Shown: positions 16,553 through 28,304, counted from the stretch's first letter. The stretch: DNA of 64,000 nt from Alphaproteobacteria bacterium (GCA_052389895.1 JBQTHM010000006.1:2056-66055); one strand, 5' to 3'. A program made the numbers and translations. Notes: a model not told the origin generated them from the sequence alone.

Positions 16553-17746
16553 TTGCTGAACGTGCTGCCGGGGGGCCAAGCGGCCAACACGCGCCTGCCG
16601 CTCGAAGGCCATGCCGCGCTCGCGCGCTTCGCGCTTGATCCGCGCATCCTCCATCTCAATCATGGATCTTTCGGCGCAGCGCCGCACTCCGTTCTCGAAG
16701 AACAGCAGCGCTGGCGCATGCGCATGGAAGGAAATCCCATGCGTTTCTTTCTCGACGAACTGCCGCTGCTTTTGCGCGAGCGCGCGGCCGGCGCGGCACG
16801 CTGCTTCGGCGGCGATGCGGAAGGTTGGGTGTTCGTCGAGAACGCAACAGCAGCTGCGAACGCCGTGCTCAAATCGCTTCCGTTGCGTGAAACCGACGTA
16901 TTGGTCACCACCTCGCATGCCTATGGCGCGGTATTGAAAACCGTTCAACGCCGCGCGTCGGAAACAGGGGCCAGTCTTCGCATTGCGGAAATTCGCGCGC
17001 CTGTCACAGGCGAAGACGAAATTGTGGAAGCAATTGCGCGTGCACTTTGTCCCCGCACGCGCCTGCTTGTCGTCGACCATGTGACATCGCAGACCGCGGC
17101 CGCGCTTCCTATTGCACGCATCATTTCTTTGGCGCACGAAAGAAACGTTCCCGTACTTGTCGATGGTGCGCATGCCGTAGGCATGCTCGCAGTGGACGTC
17201 GCTTCCATGCAGGCGGACTGGTACACGGGCAACGCGCACAAATGGATGTTTGCGCCCAAGGGCTGCGCACTTCTATGGACTGCACCCGTGTTGCGCGCAT
17301 CGACGCATGCTCACGTCACGTCCCATGGCTGGGGCGCGGGTTATTTGGCGGAGTTCGATTGGGTCGGCACGCGCGATCCTTCACCCTGGCTCTGCTTTGA
17401 TGCAGCTGTGCAGGCGCATGACTGGTTCGGTGGGCAGTCGCTTATGGCGCGCAACAACGCGCTGGCTTTGCAAGCGGGCGATTATCTTGAAAAACGTCTC
17501 AAGGCGCCGCGTGCGGCGCGCGGCAGTTTGCAATCGGCGATGACATCTTTGCGGCTGGCGCCGAAGGCCACAGTGGAACAGACGATTGAACTCAGGCGCG
17601 CGCTCGAAACCCAATATGGAATCGAAGCGCCGTTCTTTCCTTTTCAGGGCGAGCTTTGGCTGCGCGCGTCCGCACAAATTTACAACGAGATGGACGATTA
17701 CGTTCGCCTCGCCGCGGCCGTCGAAGCGCTTCTTAGTTCTGGATGA
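16553..17746 (+). CDS. Class V aminotransferase-fold PLP enzyme (isopenicillin-N-epimerase-like)
   Basis: TTG start. Motifs LNHGSFGAAP and NAHKWMFAPKGCALLW (PLP-Lys). Confidence 0.8.
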   Translation: MLNVLPGGQAANTRLPLEGHAALARFALDPRILHLNHGSFGAAPHSVLEEQQRWRMRMEGNPMRFFLDELPLLLRERAAGAARCFGGDAEGWVFVENATAAANAVLKSLPLRETDVLVTTSHAYGAVLKTVQRRASETGASLRIAEIRAPVTGEDEIVEAIARALCPRTRLLVVDHVTSQTAAALPIARIISLAHERNVPVLVDGAHAVGMLAVDVASMQADWYTGNAHKWMFAPKGCALLWTAPVLRASTHAHVTSHGWGAGYLAEFDWVGTRDPSPWLCFDAAVQAHDWFGGQSLMARNNALALQAGDYLEKRLKAPRAARGSLQSAMTSLRLAPKATVEQTIELRRALETQYGIEAPFFPFQGELWLRASAQIYNEMDDYVRLAAAVEALLSSG

Positions 17747-18920
17747 GGCCGGTGAGTTCGCTGGCGGTGACCGGACGGCCGTAGAGAAACCCCTGCGCAT
17801 AATCGCAGCCGAGTTCGGCCAGCAGTTTCGCGGTGGCTTCGGTCTCTACGCCTTCGGCCACGACCTGCATGTCGAGCGCGTGCGCAAGCGCGATCACCGC
17901 TCCTACGATTTTGCGATCCTCCGTATGCGTCGCGCAGTGGCGGATGAAGCTCTTGTCGATTTTTACCTCATCGATGGGAAGGCGCTGCAGCCGCGAGAGC
18001 GAGGAATAGCCCGTGCCGAAATCGTCCACCGCCACGCGCACGCCGCGCAGGCATAGGGCGGAAAGCGCCGCGGCGAGGCTTTTCTGGTCTGTTGCCATTT
18101 CGCCTTCGGGAATCTCAACGGTGAGTCCGTCCAGCGTGATCTGAAAGCGCTCGCACATGCGATGGAGCTCGGCCACGAACTGGGGATCGAGAATGGTCGT
18201 AATGGGAACGTTTACGCTCACATTCACGGGTGCAGACAATTTGGTCCACAGCGACCGGTTCTGGAAAACTTTGCGTAGCATCGTGCTGGTCAGCTCGTTC
18301 ATGCCGCTTTTGTCGAGCTTGTGTAAGAACCGCGCTGGCGACAGTAGCCCTTCCGACGGATGTTGCCAACGAACCAGCGCCTCGGCGGAAGCCACTTCGC
18401 CGTCTGGCAGCGACACGATCGGCTGATAGCGCACGACGATTTCCTCGTTGCGGATCGCCTGCACCACCTCGTCGCGGCTCGGCGTAAACGCCTTTTGCGG
18501 GTAGGCCGCCAGTGCTTCCAGCAACGGCTTGATGGTGAAGGGTTTGCGTACGCAACCGATGATCTTGAGCTTGTAATCCTCGGCGAGGCGGCTCACGGAC
18601 CTGAGAAGCTGCTGGCTATGGCCGGAAATGAGAAGGATGCGGCCCTGGTAGTCCTGCGCAGCAAGTTCGTTCAAGATCGCTACGCCGTCGAGATCGGGAA
18701 GCGAAAGATCCATAATGCAAAGATCGGGTGCTTCGCGCGCCACAGCGCGCTCGAATTCGCGACCCGCAGAGAATGCTTTGGTGCGATAGCCCGCGTTTTC
18801 GAGTCCTCGGGTAATTACATCAAGAACGCCAAGCTCGTCGTCTACGACAAAGACGGTCTGCCGCTGCGCCTGCGTGTCGGCGCGTTCTTCCGCGATTGAA
18901 TCTGCCTTGTGGTTCGCCAT
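17733..18920 (-). CDS. Response regulator with EAL domain (c-di-GMP phosphodiesterase)
   Basis: REC domain (VFVVDDELG...MDLSLPDLDG) followed by an EAL domain (EALVRWQHP, DDFGTGYSSL, QGFLYGRP). Confidence 0.9.
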   Translation of the reverse strand: MANHKADSIAEERADTQAQRQTVFVVDDELGVLDVITRGLENAGYRTKAFSAGREFERAVAREAPDLCIMDLSLPDLDGVAILNELAAQDYQGRILLISGHSQQLLRSVSRLAEDYKLKIIGCVRKPFTIKPLLEALAAYPQKAFTPSRDEVVQAIRNEEIVVRYQPIVSLPDGEVASAEALVRWQHPSEGLLSPARFLHKLDKSGMNELTSTMLRKVFQNRSLWTKLSAPVNVSVNVPITTILDPQFVAELHRMCERFQITLDGLTVEIPEGEMATDQKSLAAALSALCLRGVRVAVDDFGTGYSSLSRLQRLPIDEVKIDKSFIRHCATHTEDRKIVGAVIALAHALDMQVVAEGVETEATAKLLAELGCDYAQGFLYGRPVTASELTGLIQN

Positions 18921-19011
18921 GAAGCCTGCGCCGCTACCGCGCAGATACTCGCATCCCAGCCTTAACGGCGGTTAAACACGGCGCACTAATGACGACGAGG
19001 TAACTGGTTGT

Positions 19012-20823
19012 TTACGCTCGCCGCACGCGGCCGCGATCCAGTGTCGCGCGCACTTTGCGCACAAGGGCATTGGGGCGAAACGGCTTGGCAATGATTTCCG
19101 CATGCGGTTCTTCTGTTTCGTCCGTCTCTCCGGCAAAGGCGCTCATAAGAAGAAGATTTAAGCCGGGGCTTTTTGCTGCGAGTGCACGGGCAAGCTGGCG
19201 CCCGCCCATTTTGGGCATGCCCACGTCGCTCAAGACGAGGTCGATCTGCCCCTGCTTCTCTTCGACGACGCGAAGCGCCTCTTCGCCGTCGCCTGCAGTC
19301 AACACCGTGTAGCCATGCTTGCGCAGAAGCTCTGAAATCGAGGCAAGCACCGGCGAATCGTCATCTGCGACAAGAATGGTTTCGTGCCCCCGGATAGAGT
19401 CGGACGGTTCCTCAGCGTCCTCTTGCGCACCGGCGACTGAGCCTGGGACGCCCGGCAGAATGATGGAGACCGTGGTTCCCGCGCCCGGTTCGCTTGTGAT
19501 GCCGATTTTGCCGCCTGCTTGATCCACGATGGCGTAGCACGTCGCAAGCCCGAGGCCCGTGCCTTTTCCGGCCTGCTTGGTCGTAAAGAAGGGATCGAAA
19601 ACCTTGGCCAGCACATCCGGCGGAATCCCGCAGCCTGTGTCGCTCACGCTTAGCTGAACACGCCCGCCGGCTGCGGTTTCCAGCGCGATCATCAACCTGC
19701 CGCCATCCGGCATGGCGTCTTTTGCGTTGACCGCAAGATTCATCAGCACCTGTTCCATCTGGCCTTTGTCGGCCAAGACGGGTGGAACAGTTTCGAGCCG
19801 TGTCACGATCTCAATCTTGGCGGGCAGAGTGCGCCCGAGCAGAGCGACGATCGACTCGATCGACAGCTTTAGGTCGATAACACGTGGTTCGATCGATTTT
19901 TTGCGCGTTAACGCCAGCAGTTGCGACACGAGCGCCTCCGCACGCTCCGAAGCGCCCAGAATCTGCTTTACGTCGTGGCGCTTGCGGTCTGTCTCCGGGA
20001 TCGCATCGGCCAGAAACGTCGCGCAGTTGACGATGACTGTAAGAAGATTGTTGAAGTCGTGCGCTACCCCGCCCGCGAGCCGGCCCAAAGCTTCCATCTT
20101 CTGTGACTGCAACAGCTGCTCGGCCAAAAGCTTCGTTTCCGTCGTATCGCGGATGGAGGCGAGATAAGCGCGCTCGTGGTTCCACTCGAAAGCCGCAGCG
20201 CGGATCTCGGCGCTACATAGCTTTTCGTCGCGCTCGAAGGCGATTTCGCTCACACCCGCGTCGCCTATGGGGTACGGAAGCGGGCGGCCGACAAGCTCGT
20301 TCTCGTTCTTCCCGAAAAGCGCGAGCGCCGCGTTGTTCGCAAAGCGCACGACACCCTGTCCGTCCACGACGATCACGGCGTCAGGGTTGGCGGCTATCAG
20401 GCGTTCGATCTGCCGGTGTTGCTCCTGGATGCGGTGGCGTTCCAGCGCATAAAGAAAACTTCGCGCCACCAGGCGGGAAGCGGGTTCGTTTTTGCTCAGA
20501 AACTCCTGCGCCCCTTCAGCCAAAGCCTGGCGTCTGAGCTCTTCGTCGTCCGCGCCGGAAAGCACGATTATCGCCATTTCCTTGTGGATCTCGCGCAGCC
20601 GCTTGAGTGAAGCGAGACCCGTACTGTCCGGCAGATTGAGGTCAAGAATGACTGCGTCTACCGAACTCGATTCCAGCGCGGCAATGGCCTCCGAGAGGCG
20701 CGAGACCACCTTGATGTCGAACGCGTAGTCGGGAAACGAGGTCAGGCGCTCGCGCGCGAGCTCCGCATCGCCCGGATTGTCTTCGACGAGCAGCAGACGG
20801 AAAGCCGTACCCGCGGAATCCAT
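19012..20823 (-). CDS. Hybrid sensor histidine kinase (REC-PAS-HisKA-HATPase-REC)
   Basis: N-terminal REC (LLVEDNPGDAEL), PAS region, H-box [12 protein letters not shown]-box GTGLGL, C-terminal REC (ILVADDDSPV...SDVGMPKMGG). Confidence 0.9.
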   Translation of the reverse strand: MDSAGTAFRLLLVEDNPGDAELARERLTSFPDYAFDIKVVSRLSEAIAALESSSVDAVILDLNLPDSTGLASLKRLREIHKEMAIIVLSGADDEELRRQALAEGAQEFLSKNEPASRLVARSFLYALERHRIQEQHRQIERLIAANPDAVIVVDGQGVVRFANNAALALFGKNENELVGRPLPYPIGDAGVSEIAFERDEKLCSAEIRAAAFEWNHERAYLASIRDTTETKLLAEQLLQSQKMEALGRLAGGVAHDFNNLLTVIVNCATFLADAIPETDRKRHDVKQILGASERAEALVSQLLALTRKKSIEPRVIDLKLSIESIVALLGRTLPAKIEIVTRLETVPPVLADKGQMEQVLMNLAVNAKDAMPDGGRLMIALETAAGGRVQLSVSDTGCGIPPDVLAKVFDPFFTTKQAGKGTGLGLATCYAIVDQAGGKIGITSEPGAGTTVSIILPGVPGSVAGAQEDAEEPSDSIRGHETILVADDDSPVLASISELLRKHGYTVLTAGDGEEALRVVEEKQGQIDLVLSDVGMPKMGGRQLARALAAKSPGLNLLLMSAFAGETDETEEPHAEIIAKPFRPNALVRKVRATLDRGRVRRA

Positions 20824-21290
20824 CAGCCGGTCATTTCCAGTTTTGACTTCCGCCGGCCTGTGTTTTGCGGAAGCTTGACCACGGTGAACCAGAAGTTCTC
20901 GACTTCTTTGACGATGGTCTGAAAAGCTTTCAGATCAACGGGCTTGATCACGTAGCAATTCGCACCAAGATTGTACGTCTGCACGATGTCGCGTTCGGCC
21001 GAGGAAGAGGTGAGTACGACCACGGGAATACCGCGCAGATCGGCATCAGATTTGACCTCGGCCAGCACCTGGCGGCCGTCCATTTTCGGCAGGTTGAGAT
21101 CGAGCAGGATTAGATCGGGGCGCGGCGCTTGCGCGTATTGTTCTTGCCTTCGTAGGTAGCGGATTGCTTCCACGCCGTCCCGCACCGTGTCTATATCCAG
21201 CAGCAATTTGCCCGAGGTTATTGCCTCGCACATCAGGTCTGCATCCGCGGGATTGTCCTCGACCAGGAGGACTTGAATGGGCTGGGTCAT
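20823..21290 (-). CDS. Single-domain response regulator
   Basis: ATG 21290 ([19 protein letters not shown]...[11 protein letters not shown]...K). Its start overlaps the upstream kinase stop (ATGA) and its stop overlaps the downstream kinase start. Confidence 0.85.
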   Translation of the reverse strand: MTQPIQVLLVEDNPADADLMCEAITSGKLLLDIDTVRDGVEAIRYLRRQEQYAQAPRPDLILLDLNLPKMDGRQVLAEVKSDADLRGIPVVVLTSSSAERDIVQTYNLGANCYVIKPVDLKAFQTIVKEVENFWFTVVKLPQNTGRRKSKLEMTG

Positions 21291-23929
21291 GCTGCCTTCT
21301 CCTGTGTTGCCGGCATCGTGAAATAGAATGTTGTTCCCTTGCCCGGCTCGGATTCGAACCAAATCCGCCCGCGATGGCGCTCGACGATCTTCCTGGCGAT
21401 CGTGAGCCCAATGCCGCTGCCTTCGTAGGTTTCGCGGTCGTGCAGGCGCTGGAACATTTGGAAAATCCGGTCGGAATACTTTGTGTCGATACCGATGCCG
21501 TTGTCTTCGACGAAAAACTGCCACCCGCCCGAAATCGCGCGCGCGCCGATGTGCAGCCGCAGCGGGCGATCAGGCACGCGGAACTTGAGCGAATTACCGA
21601 TCAGATTCTGGAACACTTGCCCGAGCTGGACATCGTCGGCGGTAATTACCGGCAGCTGCCCGATCTCGATTTCCGCCCGCGCTTCGTCGATCGTCGGTTT
21701 AAGGGCGCGCAACGATTGCCTGACAATCATGTTGGCGTCAGCGGGCTGCGGAGGATGTCCCTGTGTGCCCACGCGCGAAAAGGTGAGAAGATCATTGACA
21801 AGCCGCTGCATGCGCTTGGCGCCGTCCACCGCGTAGGCGATGTATTTTTCGGCTTTCTCGTCCAGCTTGCCGTGATAGCGCTCGGCCAGAAGCTCGGCAT
21901 AGCTGGCGACCATCCTAAGCGGTTCCTGCAAATCGTGCGATGCGACATAGGCGAATTGCTCCAGTTCGGAGTTGGAGCGCTGCAGCTCGGCGGTGCGCTC
22001 GGCCATCGTCTTTTCGTGTCGCTTCCGCTCTGTGATGTCGACGATGGAGGCAAGGACGAGTAAGCCGTTTGGCGTTCGAATCGGATTAAGGCCAATTTCG
22101 ATGGCAACGGGGCTCCCGTCTTTCCGCATCCCGAAAAGATCGCGGCCAGCGCCCATCATGCGGCGCGCCGGATCTTTCGCGTAATCTTTGCGATGCTGCA
22201 CGTGCGCGTCGCGCACCTCCTTTGGAATCAATATATCGACAGGCTTGCCCACGAGTTCGCCATGCGCATAGCCGAACATGCGCTCGGTTTCCTGGTTTAC
22301 CAGAATGATCTTGCCCTCCGCATCCGCCATGATCATTGCGCCGGGCGAGGACTCGACCGCCAAGCGGAACATGCGGTCGGCCTGCTTGCGTTCGGTTATG
22401 TCGCGCGCGATGGCCGAGCCGCCTATGACCTCGCCTGAATCGGAGAAAATGGGAGAGAAGTTGAATGATACTTCGATTGGCGTGCCTTGTTTCGTTTGTC
22501 GTACGGCTTCGATGCCCACGATCCGCTCGCCGCGCCCGACGGCCTCGAGGTATCGCTTCTGTTCCGCGCGCTGTTCGGGCGTGGCGATGATCGAAACGTT
22601 GTTGCCTATGGCCTCCTCGGCAGAATAGCCGAACATGCGCTCGGCCGCCGGATTCCAGGTGGTGAGATTGCCCCCGAGATCGCTCGTGAATATCGCATCG
22701 TTGGCCGACGTGACGGCGGCTATGTACAGTTTTTCGCGCTCGGCATATTTGCGTATCAGCTGTTCAACGCGCTTGCGCTCTTCGATTTCACTTTGCAACG
22801 CGCCGGTTTTTTCGCGTACCGCATCAGCCATGCGCTTGAAAGCCCGGGCGAGCACGCCCATTTCGCTTTTGTCATGTTCTGGAACGTCGACACTTTCTTC
22901 GCCGGTAAAATGTTCTACCGAATGCGTGAGGGCGCGCAGCGGGCGTGTAAACGAACGTGCGACCAATGCCGCCAGCAGGGCGGCGCACAGCGCCGCTACG
23001 ATCGCGCCGATCATGCTTGATTGGCCAATTGTTCTAGCCGAAGCGAGCGCAGCCGAAAGCGGTAATACGTCGACCACGGTAATCTGCGGTCCGCCCGCTA
23101 TACGCAGTTTGGCGTCGCCGAAGATCGCTTCGTCCTGATTCACGCCCTGCCAGCGATATCGCTGGCCCAATTCCCAGCCAAATTCACGCGTGCGATCGGG
23201 ATGGACCAGAAAATTTCCCGTCTCGCTTATGACGAAACCGGAAGCATTGTCCGGAACCATGCCGCGCAGCTCAGCGAAGGCGGGGCGCATATCTATGTTA
23301 ATGACGACGACGCCGAACAGCTTCCCCTCGGTAGTAAAGATCGGCTTGCCCAGCCGCATGACCGGCACGTGCGGCTCGGCAATGGCCCCCTTCTCCCGAT
23401 TCAGTTCGATGGGCGACACATAAACGCTTCCGCGCGGCGCGCGCAGTGTTTCCGCGAAATAGGGCTGGTCGCCTTTGCGTTGCAACTCGTTGTCCGGAAC
23501 GATGCGGACGGTGCCTTTTGGTCCCATGCGGTCCACCCGCAGAATTTCACGCCCGCCGTCGGCTAGGCCGATGACACGAAACTGGTAATAGGCGGGCTTC
23601 GCGTTGAGATGCGCCAGCACGTTCTCAGTGAAGCGCTCGCGCCAACCTATGGCGGAAACACCGTCCTGCGTTCCGCCGCGGGATAGCGCAATTATCAGGT
23701 TGTTCAACCCTGTGGAGCCCGTGCTTGCGAGCACGTCCGCGCGCGCCCAGCGGACATAGGAGTCAAGCATGGCCGCCTGCATGTGCGCACGCGCCTCGAG
23801 CCGCGAGATTTCCGAGGGAATGATCGCCGCTTCCAGATTGCGGTAGGAAAAATAACTGACAGCCAACACCGTCAGCGCCACGAGCGCGACCATCGCCGCA
23901 GTCAATCGGGTGGAGAGATTCATCCCCAT
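21287..23929 (-). CDS. Sensor histidine kinase (double-Cache-like periplasmic domain, HAMP, PAS repeats, HisKA, HATPase)
   Basis: 880 aa. TM1, a periplasmic region with PYF...VSPIEL, TM2, HAMP, PAS blocks, H-box [16 protein letters not shown], then DNGIGI and GSGIGL boxes. Confidence 0.9.
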   Translation of the reverse strand: MGMNLSTRLTAAMVALVALTVLAVSYFSYRNLEAAIIPSEISRLEARAHMQAAMLDSYVRWARADVLASTGSTGLNNLIIALSRGGTQDGVSAIGWRERFTENVLAHLNAKPAYYQFRVIGLADGGREILRVDRMGPKGTVRIVPDNELQRKGDQPYFAETLRAPRGSVYVSPIELNREKGAIAEPHVPVMRLGKPIFTTEGKLFGVVVINIDMRPAFAELRGMVPDNASGFVISETGNFLVHPDRTREFGWELGQRYRWQGVNQDEAIFGDAKLRIAGGPQITVVDVLPLSAALASARTIGQSSMIGAIVAALCAALLAALVARSFTRPLRALTHSVEHFTGEESVDVPEHDKSEMGVLARAFKRMADAVREKTGALQSEIEERKRVEQLIRKYAEREKLYIAAVTSANDAIFTSDLGGNLTTWNPAAERMFGYSAEEAIGNNVSIIATPEQRAEQKRYLEAVGRGERIVGIEAVRQTKQGTPIEVSFNFSPIFSDSGEVIGGSAIARDITERKQADRMFRLAVESSPGAMIMADAEGKIILVNQETERMFGYAHGELVGKPVDILIPKEVRDAHVQHRKDYAKDPARRMMGAGRDLFGMRKDGSPVAIEIGLNPIRTPNGLLVLASIVDITERKRHEKTMAERTAELQRSNSELEQFAYVASHDLQEPLRMVASYAELLAERYHGKLDEKAEKYIAYAVDGAKRMQRLVNDLLTFSRVGTQGHPPQPADANMIVRQSLRALKPTIDEARAEIEIGQLPVITADDVQLGQVFQNLIGNSLKFRVPDRPLRLHIGARAISGGWQFFVEDNGIGIDTKYSDRIFQMFQRLHDRETYEGSGIGLTIARKIVERHRGRIWFESEPGKGTTFYFTMPATQEKAA

Positions 23930-24100
23930 GTCCCCGAGAATCCGCGCGGATTATAGGCACTTGGCCGGTTAACACTCTGTTTGCCCCAAGAAGGGCCAAG
24001 GCGTCGGCCCATGACAGAGGCGGTGCATGGTCTGGAATACCGGCCCGAAAGATGGATTCATGCCGTGCGCCGCGGGGGCGCGCGTTCTGCGGGGAAAATC

Positions 24101-26149
24101 ATGCAACGGATCATCGTGTTCGTCGTGTTCGCTTTCGTGTCGGCGTGCGCTGGCGGTCAACATGTGTCGGTCGGGCACGGGCAGGCCGAGATCGGCGCCT
24201 GGGGCTTCGACCTCGCCGGTATGGATACAAGCGTAAAACCGGGCAACGATTTCTTCCGCTACGCGAACGGCAAGTGGCATGCGGATGCCGTCGTTCCGCC
24301 GGAGCGGTCAACGATCGGTTCGTTTACCTATTTGAGAATCCGCAGCGAAGAGCGCCTGACAGGAATCCTGCAGGAACTGCGGGCAAAAGAAGGGCTCGAC
24401 CCCGAGGCGGTCAAGGTGCGCGATCTTTATCGCAGCTTTGTTGATACCGCGCGCATCGAAGAGCTTGGCCTTTCGCCTGCGAAAGCGGACCTCGACATGA
24501 TTGCGGGCTTGCGCACGCATGGCGATGTCGCGCGTGTTATGGGCTCGGTTCCGATCGGTACTGAAAGCATTTTCGCGGCGTTCATTGCGGTAGACAGCAA
24601 GAATCCCGACGCCTATTCCATGTATCTGACGCAATCGGGTTTGGGACTTCCCGACCGCGACTATTACTTGATCGGCGAAAAAGGCGCCGTTGCGGTACGC
24701 GAAGCCTATCGCAGCTTCATAGAAAGAATGCTGCGCCTTGCCGAGATTCCGGATGCAAGACGCAAGGCGGAACGCGTTTTCGCGCTGGAAACGGACATCG
24801 CCAAGATTCACTGGCCGGCAGCGGAGCGGCGTAATGCCGATCGGACATATAATCCCATGCAACTCGCGGATATCACGGCGCTCGCCCCGGAATTCGATTG
24901 GCGCGCCTTCGTCTCGGAAACCGGCATTGGAGAGCTGCCTGGCGGCAAACGTACGCTCATCGTACGCGAGCAGACCGCATTTCCGGCGCTGGCAAGGTTG
25001 TTCCGGGAAACGCCCGTCGCGGTCTGGCGCGATTACCTGACCTTCCACTATCTGCGCACGCACGCCGATTTTCTGCCAAGGCGCTTCGACGATGCGAACT
25101 TTGATTTCTACGGCAAGGTCGTGCTCGGCAACGAAGTGCAGCTCGAGCGCGACAAGCGCGGCGCGCATTTCGTGGACGCGATGATGGGTGAGGCGTCGGG
25201 CAAATTATACGTCGCCAGGTATTTTCCTCCCGCCGCCAAGGCTAAAGCCCAGGCGCTGGTCGATAATCTGATGGCGACCTACGTCGAACGCATCAAGACG
25301 CGCGACTGGATGACCCCTCCTACCAAGTCGAAGGCGTTGGAAAAGGTCGCGCGCATGCGCGTGAAAATCGGCTATCCCGATACGTGGCGCGACTATTCGC
25401 TCTATGAGGTGGACGCGGGCGATCTCTTCGGCAATGCGGTACGCGGGCAGGTGTTCGAATGGCGGCGCAGGTTGGCCCGGCTCGACCAACCCGTGGATCG
25501 CAACGAGTGGGGTATGACGCCGCCTACCGTTAATGCCTATTTCAATGCGCGCGGCAACGAAATTGTTTTCCCTGCTGCGATATTGCAGCCCCCCTTCTTC
25601 GATCCGAACGCCGACGATGCGGTAAATTATGGCGGCATAGGCGGAGTGATCGGCCACGAGATCAGCCATGGCTTCGATGACCAAGGCAGCAAATTCGATG
25701 CCAGCGGCGTGCTGCAAAACTGGTGGACGCCGGAGGATCGCAGAAATTTCGAGGCGAAGACCGAGGTGCTCGTAACGCAATTCGACGAATATGAGCCTCT
25801 GCCGGGACTGCGCGTGAACGGAAAGCTCACTCTTGGCGAAAATATCGGCGACCTCTCTGGGCTGACCATCGCGCACGCCGCGTACAGGCGCTCGCTAAGG
25901 GGAAGGCGGGCGCCCGTGGTGGACGGTTTTTCGAGTGACCAGCGCGTGTTCCTCGGTTGGGCGCAAGTGTGGCGGGAGAAGGCGCGTGAAGGCTACTTGC
26001 GCCAGCGCGTGCTATCCAATCCGCACAGTCCGGCGGAATTCCGCGTCACGGGGACAGTGCGCAATGTGGATGCTTGGTACGATGCCTTCGGAGTGACGGA
26101 GGGCAACCAGTATTTTCTGCCGCCGGCGCAGCGCGTGCATCTCTGGTGA
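24101..26149 (+). CDS. M13 family zinc metallopeptidase (PepO/endothelin-converting-enzyme-like), lipoprotein
   Basis: ATG 24101 gives MQRIIVFVVFAFVSAC|AGG. Zincin HEISHGFDD and ENIGDLSG motifs. Confidence 0.9.
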   Translation: MQRIIVFVVFAFVSACAGGQHVSVGHGQAEIGAWGFDLAGMDTSVKPGNDFFRYANGKWHADAVVPPERSTIGSFTYLRIRSEERLTGILQELRAKEGLDPEAVKVRDLYRSFVDTARIEELGLSPAKADLDMIAGLRTHGDVARVMGSVPIGTESIFAAFIAVDSKNPDAYSMYLTQSGLGLPDRDYYLIGEKGAVAVREAYRSFIERMLRLAEIPDARRKAERVFALETDIAKIHWPAAERRNADRTYNPMQLADITALAPEFDWRAFVSETGIGELPGGKRTLIVREQTAFPALARLFRETPVAVWRDYLTFHYLRTHADFLPRRFDDANFDFYGKVVLGNEVQLERDKRGAHFVDAMMGEASGKLYVARYFPPAAKAKAQALVDNLMATYVERIKTRDWMTPPTKSKALEKVARMRVKIGYPDTWRDYSLYEVDAGDLFGNAVRGQVFEWRRRLARLDQPVDRNEWGMTPPTVNAYFNARGNEIVFPAAILQPPFFDPNADDAVNYGGIGGVIGHEISHGFDDQGSKFDASGVLQNWWTPEDRRNFEAKTEVLVTQFDEYEPLPGLRVNGKLTLGENIGDLSGLTIAHAAYRRSLRGRRAPVVDGFSSDQRVFLGWAQVWREKAREGYLRQRVLSNPHSPAEFRVTGTVRNVDAWYDAFGVTEGNQYFLPPAQRVHLW

Positions 26150-26794
26150 TCAGAGAGCGACGCGGAAAGAGCCTTCGGTTTTTGCTTTCACTTCGTCGAG
26201 ACTCACGCCCGGCGCAAGCTCGACAAGCTTCATGCCGTCAGCATCGATATCGAACGCGGCGAGGTTGGTGATCACGCGGTCGACGCATTCCTTGCCGGTC
26301 ACCGGCAATGTGCATTTCTTCAGAAGCTTCGGTTCGCCGCTTTTGCTGGTGTGATCCATGATCACTACCACGCGTTTCACGCCCGCCACGAGGTCCATGG
26401 CACCGCCCATCCCCTTCACCATTTTCCCTGGAATCATCCAATTGGCCAGGTCACCCCTTTCCGACACTTCCATGGCGCCGAGAATGGAGAGGTCGATGTG
26501 GCCACCGCGGATCATGGCGAAACTGTCGGAGGACGAGAAATAGGACGTGCGCCGCAGCTCGGTGATGGTCTGTTTTCCGGCATTGATCAGGTCGGCGTCC
26601 ACTTCGTGTTCAAGCGGGAAGGGGCCCATGCCGAGCATGCCATTCTCGGACTGGAGCGTCACATCGACGCCTTCGGGAATATAGTTTGCGACGAGGGTCG
26701 GAATGCCTATTCCGAGGTTCACATAGAACCCGTCGTGCAGCTCTTGCGCCGCCCGTTTCGCCATTTCGTCCCGGTTCCAGGCCATTGTTCTCAC
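26150..26794 (-). CDS. scoB: 3-oxoacid CoA-transferase subunit B
   Basis: [10 protein letters not shown] catalytic-Glu motif. Overlaps the subunit A stop. Confidence 0.9.
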   Translation of the reverse strand: MRTMAWNRDEMAKRAAQELHDGFYVNLGIGIPTLVANYIPEGVDVTLQSENGMLGMGPFPLEHEVDADLINAGKQTITELRRTSYFSSSDSFAMIRGGHIDLSILGAMEVSERGDLANWMIPGKMVKGMGGAMDLVAGVKRVVVIMDHTSKSGEPKLLKKCTLPVTGKECVDRVITNLAAFDIDADGMKLVELAPGVSLDEVKAKTEGSFRVAL

Positions 26795-27519
26795 GCCGCC
26801 CTTATCGTGCGTTTTTCGATGCGCTTTTCGAAGTTCATACCCTGGAAGATTCGCTGCACGAAAATGCCCGGCGTGTGAATATGATCGGGATCCAGCGTGC
26901 CAAGCGGAACCAAATGCTCCACCTCCGCGACTGTCACCTTCCCCGCCGTCGCCATAATTGGATTAAAATTGCGTGCCGTCTTGCGATAGACGAGGTTGCC
27001 TGCCTCGTCCCCTTTCCACGCCTTTACGATTGAAAGATCGGCGGTAAGGCCGGTCTCCAGAATGTAGGTTTCACCGTTGAACGCCTTGTGCTCTTTTCCT
27101 TCTGCGATCACGGTTCCGGCGCCGGTTTTCGTGTAAAAGCCGGGGATGCCCGCGCCGCCCGCACGGATGCGTTCCGCCAGCGTGCCTTGCGGGTTGAATT
27201 CCAGCTCAAGCTCGCCAGCAAGAAATTGCCGTTCGAAGGTTTGGTTTTCCCCTACGTATGAGCTGATCATTTTCTTGATCTGGCGCGTTTGCAGGAGAAG
27301 CCCGAGCCCGAAATCGTCTACTCCGGCATTGTTCGAGATTACGGTCAGATTTTTTACGCCGGACTCCCTAAGCGCCAGAATCAGGTTTTCCGGTATCCCA
27401 CACAGGCCAAAGCCGCCGGACATGATGGTCATGCCGTCGAAGAGAAGGCCGTCGAGTGCCGCCCTGGCGTCCTGCGAGACCTTGTGCACGCGCCCGCCCA
27501 TTTGGCTTCCGCAGGTCAT
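26791..27519 (-). CDS. scoA: 3-oxoacid CoA-transferase subunit A
   Basis: Motifs [10 protein letters not shown] and SYVGEN. The start may be the second ATG (27501). Confidence 0.9.
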   Translation of the reverse strand: MTCGSQMGGRVHKVSQDARAALDGLLFDGMTIMSGGFGLCGIPENLILALRESGVKNLTVISNNAGVDDFGLGLLLQTRQIKKMISSYVGENQTFERQFLAGELELEFNPQGTLAERIRAGGAGIPGFYTKTGAGTVIAEGKEHKAFNGETYILETGLTADLSIVKAWKGDEAGNLVYRKTARNFNPIMATAGKVTVAEVEHLVPLGTLDPDHIHTPGIFVQRIFQGMNFEKRIEKRTIRAA

Positions 27520-27673
27520 TTAGCAGCCGGAACGCTTGGGATAAAGCGCGGCAATGTGGGCGGCTGCCGATATTGGGCAGCGACAATAAGAAGTGTCGCA
27601 AATTGCGCAAAGCCGGGCTACAAGTCCCGGCCCGCACGGCCAAGCCCCGTGCGGTGCACATTTGGACGGGCCG

Positions 27674-28285
27674 ATGACCACGACGAGCACGCAACCTGAG
27701 CCGCGCCTACGCGCGCCTGGCCTGAAAAGCCTTTTGCCGATCCTGCTCGGCGTTGCAATCGCAGTGTTGCTGATAGCAGTAGGCAGTCTGGGAACGATAG
27801 TGATGCAGCACGTCAATCGTACGGACCGCAACGAGGTGACAATCGTCGGATTTGACGATTGGCGGGTCATTTGCCCGCCGGTGAAGGATCCGGGAACGGG
27901 CTGTATGCTCAATATGGATGTGTCACGCGACACCGGCGAAACACTTCTGCGCTTTTCGCTGACCGCGACCGATCCTAATCCGACGCTGCGCATCACCGTG
28001 CCGCACGGCGTGCTGCTGGATCAGGGGCTCGGGATTTCGGTCAGCGGTGTCGATATGAAAGTACGCCCATACGAGACCTGCGATACCGTCGGTTGCGTCG
28101 CCAGCATGGTGCTCGACGAACAGACGCTGAATGCGCTCAAGAGCAATCAGCAGGCTCAGATTGTCGTCGTTCCCGGCAATGGAACGCCGGTTTCGGTTCC
28201 TTTTTCGCTCAAAGGCTTCGCGGTCGGCTACGAGGAACTTGAAAGCGCCAACGCCTCGCGCGAGTTTTGGGGCTTCCTAAACTGA
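27674..28285 (+). CDS. Invasion-associated locus B (IalB) family protein
   Basis: ATG 27674. N-terminal TM/signal LLPILLGVAIAVLLIAVG. IalB-like pattern: W.V.C...C.L....L.......L.I..P.GV.L..G. Confidence 0.65.
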   Translation: MTTTSTQPEPRLRAPGLKSLLPILLGVAIAVLLIAVGSLGTIVMQHVNRTDRNEVTIVGFDDWRVICPPVKDPGTGCMLNMDVSRDTGETLLRFSLTATDPNPTLRITVPHGVLLDQGLGISVSGVDMKVRPYETCDTVGCVASMVLDEQTLNALKSNQQAQIVVVPGNGTPVSVPFSLKGFAVGYEELESANASREFWGFLN

Positions 28286-28304
28286 TCTCTTGGGAAGAAA
28301 GCGC

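Noticed and set aside
15722-17239. 505-aa minus-strand ORF spanning the rhomboid, DUF4389-like and aminotransferase genes
   Set aside because: It crosses two intergenic regions and three well-supported plus-strand genes. Its composition is that of a shadow ORF.
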